Source: Candidatus Woesearchaeota archaeon
Lineage (GTDB): Archaea > Nanobdellota > Nanobdellia > Pacearchaeales > GW2011-AR1
DNA length: 64,000 nt
Assembly (NCBI GenBank): GCA_964621025.1
Contig: CAZUKQ010000003.1
Span: forward strand, 1,991-65,990
Direction: 5' to 3'
Shown: positions 16,159 to 25,646 of the stretch, in pieces
How positions within the stretch are numbered: the first letter of the stretch is position 1
Layout of the letters: each line of letters opens with the position of its first letter
Position numbers and translations under genes: made by a program
Notes under the pieces: model-generated
Databases searched by the model: none
Seen by the model: only the letters and a program-made list of their open reading frames with translations
What the model was told of the DNA's origin: nothing

Positions 16159-16557
16159 TTATTGAAAATTCTCTTTGATTTTCTTTGCAATTTCTTTCAT
16201 CTCTTCTTTTGAAACTTCAATATGGCTCTTCAAATCAAAACTTCCTCTTCCTCCTTGAACCACTTGAGGAACTAGCCAAACATGCGCATGAGCCACTTCA
16301 TCACCCATTATTACAGAGACGACCTGTTGTGTATTAAATGCTTTTCTCTGAGCATTAACTACTCTTTGACAAAAAGAAAAATACCCTTCTATACTCTCAA
16401 CATCCCAAACCCATCTAAAATGTTTTTTAGGAATGACGAGAACATGGCCTTTTTTTATAGGTTTAATATCTAAAAAAGCAAGAAAGTTTTCACTTTCAGC
16501 AACTTTCATAGAAGGAATTTCTCCTTTCACAATTTTACAAAATACACAGTCATCCAT
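16159..16557 (-). CDS. HIT-family (histidine triad) nucleotide hydrolase
   Basis: N-terminal CVFCKIVKGEIP, LDIKPIKKGHVLVIPKKH and the histidine triad AHAHVWLVP. Confidence 0.85.
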   Translation of the reverse strand: MDDCVFCKIVKGEIPSMKVAESENFLAFLDIKPIKKGHVLVIPKKHFRWVWDVESIEGYFSFCQRVVNAQRKAFNTQQVVSVIMGDEVAHAHVWLVPQVVQGGRGSFDLKSHIEVSKEEMKEIAKKIKENFQ

Positions 16558-16587
16558 AACAATTAGACAATTAAGAACTTTAAAAAT

Positions 16588-17385
16588 TTATAGTCGACAC
16601 TCATAAAACTGATGTCTCATGAAATCTCTATTCACCGTCTCTTTGGAAAAATGTTTTTTAGGAAAAATTCTGTGAAGAAGACTTGGAGTTTCAGGAACAC
16701 CAACTAATGCAGAAACAAATCTTTCAATTTCTTTAGCAGCGTGAGAACTATCATCATGAAGACCTAGGGGAGTTCTATGGAAGACTGCTCTAATTACTCT
16801 TTTATCGTCTCTGATTCTAGCCAAAACAGGAAGACTAGTCATTTTTTCTATATCTCTCAAACTCTCTTCGTGTTTCTCATCTCTAATTCTATTAATAATA
16901 ATTCCTTCAACAGGGGTATTTTGTTTTTTTGCGATATTAGCTGCTTTCAAACTTGTATTTAGAGTAACATGATCTCCACTTGAAACAACAAAGATTCTAT
17001 CAGCAGCAATAACAACAGGAGTCATCTCAGAATAATGCGGAGAAGAATCTAATATTACAAAGTCATATTGTTTTTTTATTTTTTCTAAAAGTTTTTTTAA
17101 TTGATACATATCTACTTCATGTTCAAAATTCATTGAAGCAGAAACAACATCAAAACCATGAGCATCATAAATCGCATTGTGCATCCCAACTCCGACAAGA
17201 ACATCATGTAATGTAACACCGTTGTTCATTCCTAAATACAAACCAACATTTGGAGCAGAAAAATTTGCATCAACCAACAAAACTCTTTTACCAAACTTAT
17301 TTGCCAATGAAGAAGCTGTTTCCAAAGCTAGAGTTGTCTTCCCGACGCCACCTTTTACAGAAATAAATGCTAAAACATTTGACAT
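16588..17385 (-). CDS. MinD/ParA-family P-loop ATPase
   Basis: Deviant Walker A ISVKGGVGKTTLALETA, Walker B-like DFVILDSSP, 265 aa. Confidence 0.8.
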   Translation of the reverse strand: MSNVLAFISVKGGVGKTTLALETASSLANKFGKRVLLVDANFSAPNVGLYLGMNNGVTLHDVLVGVGMHNAIYDAHGFDVVSASMNFEHEVDMYQLKKLLEKIKKQYDFVILDSSPHYSEMTPVVIAADRIFVVSSGDHVTLNTSLKAANIAKKQNTPVEGIIINRIRDEKHEESLRDIEKMTSLPVLARIRDDKRVIRAVFHRTPLGLHDDSSHAAKEIERFVSALVGVPETPSLLHRIFPKKHFSKETVNRDFMRHQFYECRL

Positions 17386-17433
17386 ATCATCACCTAGTCT
17401 AATATATAGTTTGTAGTATATAAATCTTGCTTG

Positions 17434-18873
17434 TTAAATATCTTTAAAACTCTTATCACCTAAAATTAAATCTCTCAAAACATTTCTCACGTCAGCTTTC
17501 TCAATTCTTTTCTGTTCTCCAGAATCTCTGTCTCTAATTGTTAAAGTTCCATCTTCCAAACTTTGTCCATCTACCGTCAAACAAAAAGGAGTTCCGCTTT
17601 CGTCCTGTCTTGCATATCTCTTCCCAACAGTTCCACTCTCGTCGTAAAAAACGTTCCATTCTTTTTTCAATTCATTTAAAAGTTCTTTAGAGAATTTTAC
17701 CAATCCTTCATCTTTTTTCACTAATGGAAAAATCGCAGCCTTTATTGGAGCAATTCTTGGAGATATCTTCAAAACAACATTCTCTCTATTCTTATCAAAT
17801 TCATAACCTCCAACAAGTACAGCCAAGAAAACTCGGTCCATACCAAAAGTAGGTTCAATAACTCTCGGAACAACATTTTTCTTCGCAGCTTCGTCGAAAA
17901 TTTCCATTTTCTGTTTACTTTCTTTAATATGTTGATTCAAATCGTACTGTCCTCTGTTTGCATTTCCAGCAACTTCCTGGCTTCCAAAAGGATATTCATA
18001 ATCAATATCAAAAGTCGCAGAAGAATAATGACTCAATTCGTCTTTCATATGTTCTCTAATTTTTATTTTATTCAAACCAAGAGAATAGAACCATAAAATT
18101 TGTTCAGCTAACCAATAAGCATGCCATTCATCCATTCTTTTTTCTTTTAACATTTTACCGATGCTAGTTTCTTTCAAATCTGTCTTTCCCCCTTCCTGTG
18201 TCTCGCCGTCTAACAATTTTAATTTCAAATCTAAATGTTTTTTCTCAAGCAGATCACATTTCTTCTCTTCAGGATTAATAAAAAATTCTAATTCTGCAAT
18301 TGTGAATTCTCTACTTCTAAAAATAAAGTTTCTTGGAGCAATTTCATTTCTAAAACATTTTCCAACCTGACCAATACCAAAAGGCAATTGCTTTCTCGCA
18401 CTATCAGAAACTAATTTGAAATCCATAAACATTCCTTGTGCTGTTTCTCCTCGTAAATATGCTGCAGAAGAATCTAAAGCTCCAACATTTGTTTGGAACA
18501 ACAATTTGAATTCTCCCTGGCTTTCATATTCACCACCACACTCACATTTGACTTTTCCCTCCTCGGATTTGTCAATCTTTGTTGCTTTTTTACACTTTTT
18601 ACAGATTACAGCAATATCTGAGAAGTTGTCTATGTGTCCAGAAGCTTTCCAAGTTCTTGGATGAGAAATAATCGAAGCATCTATACCGGTCATGTTTTCT
18701 TTCTGTTGAATAAAAAAATTCCACCAGTTAGCCTTGATATTGTTGAATAACTCTGCACCTAATGGGCCATAGTCCCAGAAACCCGCAAAACCACCATAAA
18801 TATCACTAGATCTAAAAATGAAACCCTTTCTCTTCGCAAAGGTGCTTATATCATCCAAGCTTATCTTTTCCAT
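17434..18873 (-). CDS. glyS: Glycine--tRNA ligase (class II, archaeal/eukaryotic alpha2 type)
   Basis: FRSSDIYGGFAGFWDYGPLGAEL, YLRGETAQGMF, GKCFRNEIAPR and PFCLTVD are typical GlyRS motifs. It carries an inserted CxxC...CxC zinc-ribbon-like segment. Confidence 0.9.
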   Translation of the reverse strand: MEKISLDDISTFAKRKGFIFRSSDIYGGFAGFWDYGPLGAELFNNIKANWWNFFIQQKENMTGIDASIISHPRTWKASGHIDNFSDIAVICKKCKKATKIDKSEEGKVKCECGGEYESQGEFKLLFQTNVGALDSSAAYLRGETAQGMFMDFKLVSDSARKQLPFGIGQVGKCFRNEIAPRNFIFRSREFTIAELEFFINPEEKKCDLLEKKHLDLKLKLLDGETQEGGKTDLKETSIGKMLKEKRMDEWHAYWLAEQILWFYSLGLNKIKIREHMKDELSHYSSATFDIDYEYPFGSQEVAGNANRGQYDLNQHIKESKQKMEIFDEAAKKNVVPRVIEPTFGMDRVFLAVLVGGYEFDKNRENVVLKISPRIAPIKAAIFPLVKKDEGLVKFSKELLNELKKEWNVFYDESGTVGKRYARQDESGTPFCLTVDGQSLEDGTLTIRDRDSGEQKRIEKADVRNVLRDLILGDKSFKDI

Positions 18874-18894
18874 AAAGCTAGATAGAACAAGACT

Positions 18895-19713
18895 TTATAA
18901 AAATAACGAAAACAAGAAATTAAAGAAAAAGTCATAAAAATAGGCATACAATAAAAATGCAATCATGAAAGCTGGCACGAAAGGTAAACCTTCCTTAATC
19001 AATACCTCTTTCTTTTTTCTTTTTATTAATTCTATCTCTTTCTTAGACAAACCATCGAAATTAGCCTTGAAAACTCGGTTTCCTATTTTCAAATCACTGA
19101 CCAACCAGTCACCTTCTCTCAAAAGTTCACTTTTAACTTTTCTATACATTGCAACTTTTTCTAAGGCCTTAGCATAAACAAATAACAAGGAAAATGCTAA
19201 AACAAAAATAGCTACTATCAAAAATAAAGAATTAAAGAAACCACCAATAGCAAAAACAAAAGCCAAAAGTAAATTATATTTCAATTTCAGTTTTTTTGAT
19301 TCTTTAACAACTTCTTTTTTCATTTTCTTGAAATGAATTATGCCCAAAATTGCCGTATAAGACAGTCCATAAACAGAACCAGCTAAAAATAAGCAGAAGA
19401 TGAAAAAACCTAGATTGAGAAAAGTTAAATTGAAAGTCGCAGCTACAAAAAAAGGCGTCATTGCAAATAAAAGTTTAGCGTCTCCACCTGCAAAAAATCT
19501 ACAATAATAAAGTATATTTGAAAGAGCAAAGAAAACTAAAATAAAAATAAACACCAAAAAGATTTGCTCCGACGTCTTAGCAGAGAAAATCAAATAAACG
19601 CTTCCGGAAACTAGAAGAAACAAGTTCAACCAGTTATCAACCTCTCTTCGTTTAACATCTTGAGCAAAAGCAATCGCCAAACCTGCAAAAAAAAGCCAAA
19701 AAAGGAAGTTCAT
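18895..19713 (-). CDS. Prepilin/preflagellin peptidase (A24 family; PibD/FlaK/EppA-like)
   Basis: Both catalytic aspartate motifs are present: AQDVKRREVDN (D-x-K/R-x-R-x-I/V-P/D type) and FAGGDAKLL (G-x-G-D-x-K-L). It is polytopic and ends with LPFVPAF. Confidence 0.8.
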   Translation of the reverse strand: MNFLFWLFFAGLAIAFAQDVKRREVDNWLNLFLLVSGSVYLIFSAKTSEQIFLVFIFILVFFALSNILYYCRFFAGGDAKLLFAMTPFFVAATFNLTFLNLGFFIFCLFLAGSVYGLSYTAILGIIHFKKMKKEVVKESKKLKLKYNLLLAFVFAIGGFFNSLFLIVAIFVLAFSLLFVYAKALEKVAMYRKVKSELLREGDWLVSDLKIGNRVFKANFDGLSKKEIELIKRKKKEVLIKEGLPFVPAFMIAFLLYAYFYDFFFNFLFSLFL

Positions 19714-19850
19714 TTTTTATCAGAAATGTTTTTATTATCTTGACTTACTTCTGTTGACCTAAACTGTCCGCCTCGCTTGTAAGCTCGGTTTAATCTCTTT
19801 TTTTTGAAATCATTCTTTGTTTTTCTTTTGTCTCCGTATCCGTAATCCAT
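19710..19850 (-). CDS. Small highly basic protein, 46 aa (below ORF-track cutoff)
   Basis: Hand translation gives MDYGYGDKRKTKNDFKKKRLNRAYKRGGQFRSTEVSQDNKNISDKK*. Its TGA overlaps the peptidase ATG (ATGA at 19710-19713). It lies between the FlaJ-like and peptidase genes. Confidence 0.35.
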   Translation of the reverse strand: MDYGYGDKRKTKNDFKKKRLNRAYKRGGQFRSTEVSQDNKNISDKK

Positions 19851-19880
19851 GTTATTATAATGTGCTAGTTATTTATTAAT

Positions 19881-22043
19881 TTAACCAAAACCATTTAGGA
19901 CAACTGCGCCCAGTAAACTTAAACCTAAAATCGAAATTGCTGCCACGACAAGATATAATAAAATTCCTGCCTTCAAGTTCTTTCCAGTCTCCGCAGTAGT
20001 CTGTAATTCATCCTTCCCAGATTTAATTGTAACTAAAGTTGAAGTTAAGATAAAGACAATTTCAATAAGATAAAGTCCTACGGCAAGTTGTAACCAATAT
20101 GTTGGCATCATTTTATCTAACTGAAATATTCCTAACAAACTACCCAAACCACCAAAAGTACTAGCTGCACCTTCTCCAAGGGCTCCTGCGCCCATCGAAT
20201 TAGATAAGCCTCCTAAAATTGTTGTAATCATTCCCGCTAAACCTACAATGATTCCTGATAAAAGAGGAGCCAGGAAAACCATATTAGATTTCATATCGGA
20301 AGTAATCTCTGCCAATAAATCATTTAATCTTACGTCGATTTTTTTAATATTTTTTACATATTCTGAAATTGACATCAAACTCTTCGCTGCAACCTGAAGA
20401 CCTTTCTTAACAGATTCAACTAAAATTTTCATTGAAGTTGCAACAAGTTGTGATGGATAAAATATAACTGCACCACGCTTAGAATTAAACAAAGCATTCT
20501 CAACTGACATTCCCATCTGTTGAATATTTTCATTAACAATTTTGAAAAAACCTTCTGTGGCTGTTCCCTTTGTAGACTCAGAAACTTTTGCAAATGCAAT
20601 TTCAGCAGGTAAACCATCGCCCATTCTATTTCCTAACTGGAACAAGGATGATGTAAATTCCTCCTCAACATTTTTGTAATCGGCTCTTGCCTTAATCAAC
20701 AACTTAGTTTTTTCTTTGTAAGCAATTATAAAAAATAAAGCGATACCTAGGGGAACAAGAAGAGAAAGTAATAGCGCTAAAACACCAAATGGACCAACTA
20801 ATCCTCCTGCCTCTGATTCGAAAATTCCGAAAATACCATTGTTACCTAACAAACTAAATCCTAAAGAGGCCCAAGTATAATCTCTCTGTAAACCTAACCA
20901 AAGAGGTAAATTAGTGTATCTAAAGAACATTGGAATCAAACCAATTAAGATTAATGGAAAAGCAATCATCGAAGATTTTACGTAGGGTTTTTTACTTTTG
21001 TAAGTAGGATAAAGAGGATTTCTTTCTAACAAGTTAGTTTCACCATAACCCCCTGGACGAGCCATCATAATTCCTCCAGTAAGATAAATTACCATAAACG
21101 GAATAATCAAATTAAAAAGAACAAACAGATGGTAGGCCTTAATCGCACCACCCAACATTGTTGATGCAAGAGGTAAAATTGCCAAAGCTAAAGTTGGTAA
21201 AACAATTCCCAACATGTAAAGATTTGTCAAAGGAGCTTTTACACTATGTGTATATTTCAACATTTTATCATAAACACCGTCTAGAATTACCTGCAAAGCT
21301 TTTTCTAAAACTAAAACTCTTCTAGAATCTGAAGACTCGTACAAACTACTTTCAATTAAATGAAATGATTCAATAAATTCTATAGAGTAATCTCTCCAGG
21401 TTTCTAAATAAGCATCGACGCTTTCTTTTATTGTCGAATATCTTCCAACCTCAACATCCCAGAAAATTTTTCTGAAATCCATTGCGAGAGGATTGTCCAA
21501 ATGTTCAGCAGCGAATGCAACTGCCTTTTCAAAATTTGATGTGTGCTTCATATAAATTACAATATACAAAATTGCAGGAACCATTTGCGAAGAAGCCATC
21601 AATCTCCATTTCATTGCCATTCTTTCTGGTGCTTTATACGCATAGAAAAATAAAAACATTGAAAACATCACACCTAAAAATAAAAACATCATCGGAAAAC
21701 TACCAGTAAAAAGAAAAATCGCTGCAAATAACATAACTGTCGCAAATATTCCTAACAAAAGTAAGGTCACTGCCAGAACCGCAACTTGGGAAACAGTTAC
21801 ATCTAAATGAGCTATGTCTATTCCTCTCTGAATCTTTGGCTTATCTTTTTCAGAAACTTTCATCATGAAAAGATTTCCTAAAGATTTACACCATCTTTCA
21901 TAACTCGTTGGTTCGTGAACCATACTGTCTTTGAAATCTTTGTAAGACTTAGAGAAACCTTGGCTAGAAGCGTAGGGTTTCATTTGACCCTCAATCTTCG
22001 CACCATACTTTTTCAAAATGTCATCCGTTGTCGGCTTACTCAT
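19881..22043 (-). CDS. FlaJ/TadC-like polytopic membrane platform protein (two T2SS-F-like cytoplasmic domains)
   Basis: 720 aa with ~9 TM segments. Two soluble helical inserts (AFAAEHLDNPLAMDFRKIFWDVEVGRYSTIKESVDAYLE... and GLPAEIAFAKVSESTKGTATEGFFKIVNENIQQMGMSVENAL) fit the GspF/FlaJ pattern. It is adjacent to the prepilin peptidase. An SD-like AAGAGGATGAT precedes the ATG. Confidence 0.6.
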   Translation of the reverse strand: MSKPTTDDILKKYGAKIEGQMKPYASSQGFSKSYKDFKDSMVHEPTSYERWCKSLGNLFMMKVSEKDKPKIQRGIDIAHLDVTVSQVAVLAVTLLLLGIFATVMLFAAIFLFTGSFPMMFLFLGVMFSMFLFFYAYKAPERMAMKWRLMASSQMVPAILYIVIYMKHTSNFEKAVAFAAEHLDNPLAMDFRKIFWDVEVGRYSTIKESVDAYLETWRDYSIEFIESFHLIESSLYESSDSRRVLVLEKALQVILDGVYDKMLKYTHSVKAPLTNLYMLGIVLPTLALAILPLASTMLGGAIKAYHLFVLFNLIIPFMVIYLTGGIMMARPGGYGETNLLERNPLYPTYKSKKPYVKSSMIAFPLILIGLIPMFFRYTNLPLWLGLQRDYTWASLGFSLLGNNGIFGIFESEAGGLVGPFGVLALLLSLLVPLGIALFFIIAYKEKTKLLIKARADYKNVEEEFTSSLFQLGNRMGDGLPAEIAFAKVSESTKGTATEGFFKIVNENIQQMGMSVENALFNSKRGAVIFYPSQLVATSMKILVESVKKGLQVAAKSLMSISEYVKNIKKIDVRLNDLLAEITSDMKSNMVFLAPLLSGIIVGLAGMITTILGGLSNSMGAGALGEGAASTFGGLGSLLGIFQLDKMMPTYWLQLAVGLYLIEIVFILTSTLVTIKSGKDELQTTAETGKNLKAGILLYLVVAAISILGLSLLGAVVLNGFG

Positions 22044-22188
22044 ATCATCCTCTTGGTTTTCTATAGCAAATCGAGTTTATAAAATATTTTATTCGAGAAT
22101 TTTATCCGACTACTTAAAAGAAAGATGACTTGTTAGGAAATATTTAGAAGAGGAAGTTTTCATCAAAAGAAACCTAGGTTCTTGGATA

Positions 22189-22259
22189 AGCAGGTACCAG
22201 GAATTGCACCTGGGATGAGCGGGTTGCAGCCGCTTGCCTTACTGCTTGGCTATACCTGC
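22189..22259 (-). tRNA. tRNA-Cys (GCA)
   Basis: Reverse complement GCAGGTA-TA-GCC-AAGCAGTAA-GGC-A-AGCGG-CTGCAAC-CCGCT-CATC-CCAGG-TGCAATT-CCTGG-TACCTGC-T. The discriminator is U73, as expected for Cys. The T-loop has G at position 55. Confidence 0.85.
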
Positions 22260-22311
22260 AAAGTATCTCTTTCCGAAGCAGATTGACAAGAACTTGTTCT
22301 CTGCAACAGAA

Positions 22312-22386
22312 CGCACTCGATCGGATTTGAACCGACGACCCCTGCCTTAGAAGGGCAGTGCTCTATCCAAGCTGAGCTACGAGTGC
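22312..22386 (-). tRNA. tRNA-Arg (TCT)
   Basis: Reverse complement GCACTCG-TA-GCTC-AGCTTGGATA-GAGC-A-CTGCC-CTTCTAA-GGCAG-GGGTC-GTCGG-TTCAAAT-CCGAT-CGAGTGC-G. This is a canonical cloverleaf. Confidence 0.9.
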
Positions 22387-22441
22387 ACGACCAACATAAC
22401 TACTAAAAAACATATATAAAGCTTACTAACGTGATGAAAAT

Positions 22442-23374
22442 ATGACCGAAAAGATAAAAATAACATTTTTAGGAACAGGTTCTTCGATTCCTACCGCAAA
22501 GAAAAATCACCCAGCAGCTTTGATTAGTTACAAGGCTGAAACAATATTATTTGACTGCGGAGAAGGAACTCAAAGACAATTTAGAAAGGCAAAATTAAAT
22601 CCTTGTAAAATCACCAAAATATTTTTGACACACTGGCACGGCGACCATGTTTTAGGTTTACCCGGCCTTCTGCAAACTCTAAATTTAAACAACTACAATG
22701 GAGAACTAATAATCTACGGCCCAAAAGGAAGTAAAAACGATTTCAAAAATATGATTGCCCCTTATTTAGGATTTTATTGGAATGTTTCAAAAGAAACAGG
22801 AAATAAATTTGACATTGTTATGAAAGAAGTTGATGAAGAGAAGATTTTAGATGGGGAAGATTTTTTCATCGAAGCAATTAGAGTTGACCACGGATGCCCG
22901 GCTCTAGCCTATTCTTTTAATATAAAAGAAAAAAGTAGAATTGATAAAGAAAAATTAATCAAATTAAAAATTCCAAATGGACCTTTGATCGGAGAACTTG
23001 CAAAAGGAAAAACAATTTCATTTAACGGGAAGAAAATAGATGGCAAAAAACTAATTTATACAGAAGAAGCGAGAAAAATTAGTATAATTATGGACACAGC
23101 ATACTCCGAAAAATTAGCAGAATTTGCAAAAGACTCGGATCTTTTAATTTGTGAATCTACTTATTCCAAAGACGAAGAAGAAATTGCAAGAGAACATAAA
23201 CATCTTACTTCTGTTGAAGCCGCAAAAATTGCTAAAAAATCAAAGTCAAAGAAACTTTACTTGACACATCTTTCACAAAGATACGAAGCAATTCCTAAAA
23301 AAATTCTTGAAGAAGCAAAAGAAGTTTTCAAAGACGCTGTAGTTGCCGAAGATTTAATGAGTTTGGAGATTTAA
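22442..23374 (+). CDS. rnz: Ribonuclease Z (tRNA 3' endonuclease)
   Basis: ITFLGTGSSIPT, LFDCGEGTQRQ and the metallo-beta-lactamase motif THWHGDHVLGLPGLL; 310 aa. Confidence 0.9.
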   Translation: MTEKIKITFLGTGSSIPTAKKNHPAALISYKAETILFDCGEGTQRQFRKAKLNPCKITKIFLTHWHGDHVLGLPGLLQTLNLNNYNGELIIYGPKGSKNDFKNMIAPYLGFYWNVSKETGNKFDIVMKEVDEEKILDGEDFFIEAIRVDHGCPALAYSFNIKEKSRIDKEKLIKLKIPNGPLIGELAKGKTISFNGKKIDGKKLIYTEEARKISIIMDTAYSEKLAEFAKDSDLLICESTYSKDEEEIAREHKHLTSVEAAKIAKKSKSKKLYLTHLSQRYEAIPKKILEEAKEVFKDAVVAEDLMSLEI

Positions 23375-23973
23375 TTACTTTCGGGCCAACTGAATCCTTC
23401 CCAAGGATAAGATGGAAAATCGCTAACGAGTTCTTCCATAGATTTTTTCTTTTCTTCACCTTGTAAATTTGCAATACTTAGAAGATAATTGTACCTTCGA
23501 TCGTTGTTTATGACTGCTAAATCGGACCAATCACAACACATTTGAACATTCTCTCCCCTAAATATAAAAGAGTCAATCATCGCATCTAAAAATCCAACCT
23601 TACTACTCAAATATTCGCCAAAATCTTGTTCACCTTCATCAGATTTTTTATAATCTTCACTTCTTTCATACTGCTGACTCGCAATTTCTTCTACATCTCT
23701 CTTTAAATCTACTAAGAAAGAATAAACTGGGTCGGAAGATTCTGAAGCTCTTAAAACTTCACGAGACTTATCCAAAACATTATCAAAAACCCTGCAGAAA
23801 ATTGGAAGTTTTCCTTGTTTCGCAAGATCATCGTATCCCATTCTAGCTTCCATGACTTCTGCTAGACTAACCTGTCCTGAAGTTGTAGTGTTGGGCGGTA
23901 AAAGAGAACCAATAAAATAATCTCTAGCAGTCCTTACTTTTCTTCTTAAAATTGTTCTTCGACTTTCTTCCAT
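23371..23973 (-). CDS. Hypothetical protein, 200 aa
   Basis: Clean ORF convergent with rnz (4-nt overlap). No recognisable motif. Confidence 0.5.
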   Translation of the reverse strand: MEESRRTILRRKVRTARDYFIGSLLPPNTTTSGQVSLAEVMEARMGYDDLAKQGKLPIFCRVFDNVLDKSREVLRASESSDPVYSFLVDLKRDVEEIASQQYERSEDYKKSDEGEQDFGEYLSSKVGFLDAMIDSFIFRGENVQMCCDWSDLAVINNDRRYNYLLSIANLQGEEKKKSMEELVSDFPSYPWEGFSWPESN

Positions 23974-24107
23974 ATAAAAAAGAACAAAAGAGTATTTTTA
24001 AATAAATAGCTCACTAAAGAATACATAAAAAAAATAAAAAAGTTCTAACTAGTAATAAGACACTGAAAAGAATCAGTGCTGTGGCAAAATAAATCAGCTA
24101 ATGCCTT

Positions 24108-24347
24108 TTACTGTGTTTTTGAAGGGGAGATAAAAATAATCGTGTCTCCTCTTAAGAAAGCAACGCCGTAGTTCTTTGTCTGTTGGCCGTTCTCGATTTC
24201 CTTCGCGTTATCCAATACCACATTAATGTGGATATCGAATGCTTGCAAAGTTCCAACCATCTGCTTGCCGTTCTTAAGCTGCACTAAAATCTCCTTTCCT
24301 TTGCTCTGATTTAACAGATCCAAAGGTCTTTCAATTTTGTTAACCAT
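24108..24347 (-). CDS. Sm-like (LSm/SmAP) RNA-binding protein
   Basis: Sm1/Sm2 pattern: RPLDLLNQSKGKEILVQLKNGKQMVGTLQAFDIHINVVLDNA...VAFLRGDTIIFISP. Confidence 0.9.
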   Translation of the reverse strand: MVNKIERPLDLLNQSKGKEILVQLKNGKQMVGTLQAFDIHINVVLDNAKEIENGQQTKNYGVAFLRGDTIIFISPSKTQ

Positions 24348-24378
24348 AAACTAATCTCACTTGGTGAGTTTTTAAGCT

Positions 24379-25524
24379 TTATTGTGTTAGATATTGAGAA
24401 AGAATTTTTGCCATATCTGTCTTTTCCCAAGGGAAATCTCGACCGAAATGACCATAAGAAGCGGTTTGTTTAAATTTAAAATTTCTTAAATTAAATTTGT
24501 CAATTATTGCCTTCGGACTTGCATCAAAATGTTTCATTACAATCTCTGAAATTTTTTCTTCTGAAATTTTATTTGTACCAAAACATTCAACAAAAACAGA
24601 AAGAGGTTTTGAAACTCCAATAGAATAACTTAATTGAACTTCGCATTTTTCTGCCAAATTTGCAGCGACGATATTTTTTGCAATATATCTTGCCATGTAA
24701 GCTGCACTTCTGTCAACTTTCGTTGGGTCTTTTCCAGAGAACGCTCCGCCACCATGTCTTGAATATCCACCATAACTGTCAACAATTATTTTTCTTCCAG
24801 TTAAACCAGTGTCACCTTTTGGTCCACCGACCACAAAACTTCCTGTTGAATTAATAAAGAATTTTGTATTTGCATCTAAGTATTCTTCACAAAGTGGAAA
24901 AAGAATTTTTGTTTGAATTTCTTCTCTTAATTCTTCAATATCTTTAGTCGCTAAATGCTGTTGTGCAACAACTATTGAATCTATTCTTTTAGGTTTTCCG
25001 TCTACATATTCAAAACAAACTTGAGATTTTGAATCTGGACCCAAACCTTCAATCACTTTTTCTTTTCTTGCTTTCGCTAAAAGATATAAAATTTTGTGAG
25101 CATACATTATTGGAATCGGCATCAACTCTTCAGTTTCATTGCAAGCAAAACCAAACATTATTCCTTGGTCTCCTGCTCCTAATTCTTTGTTTGCAGATTC
25201 ATCTACTCCTTGTGCAATTTCTCTGCTTTGTTTATTCAAACTGACCCAAACAGAAACATCTTCAGCCGACATACCATAGGCAATATCTGTGTAACCTACT
25301 TCTTTCAAACAATCTCTAACAATCTTTTCCACATTCACAACTGCCTTAGAAGTTACCTCTCCAGCAACATGAATAGAGCCTAAACTAGCAAAAGTCTCAA
25401 CTGCAACTCTTGAGTTTTGATCCTGTTCAAAATAAGCATCTAAAATAGAATCAGAGATTATATCGCAGAGTTTATCTGGATGTCCTTCTCCCACACTTTC
25501 TGAAGAGAACTTAAAATTTTTCAT
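24379..25524 (-). CDS. metK: S-adenosylmethionine synthetase, bacterial/eukaryotic MetK type
   Basis: FSSESVGEGHPDKLCDIISDSILDA, GAGDQGIMFGFA, GGPKGDTGLTGRKIIVDSYGG and GGGAFSGKDPTKVDRSAAY are MetK signatures. I place the start at MKNFKF (25524). A TATA (TTTTTATAT) lies ~28 nt upstream of that ATG. Confidence 0.9.
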   Translation of the reverse strand: MKNFKFSSESVGEGHPDKLCDIISDSILDAYFEQDQNSRVAVETFASLGSIHVAGEVTSKAVVNVEKIVRDCLKEVGYTDIAYGMSAEDVSVWVSLNKQSREIAQGVDESANKELGAGDQGIMFGFACNETEELMPIPIMYAHKILYLLAKARKEKVIEGLGPDSKSQVCFEYVDGKPKRIDSIVVAQQHLATKDIEELREEIQTKILFPLCEEYLDANTKFFINSTGSFVVGGPKGDTGLTGRKIIVDSYGGYSRHGGGAFSGKDPTKVDRSAAYMARYIAKNIVAANLAEKCEVQLSYSIGVSKPLSVFVECFGTNKISEEKISEIVMKHFDASPKAIIDKFNLRNFKFKQTASYGHFGRDFPWEKTDMAKILSQYLTQ

Positions 25525-25646
25525 AAACCTGGATAGTCTTTTCATATAAAAATCTATCGGCAATTTTATACTGATTGTACAGGAACAACTAAACAACTTG
25601 ATATCCTTAAGGAAAGCTTTATAAATCAATTTTCATCAACAAGAAT

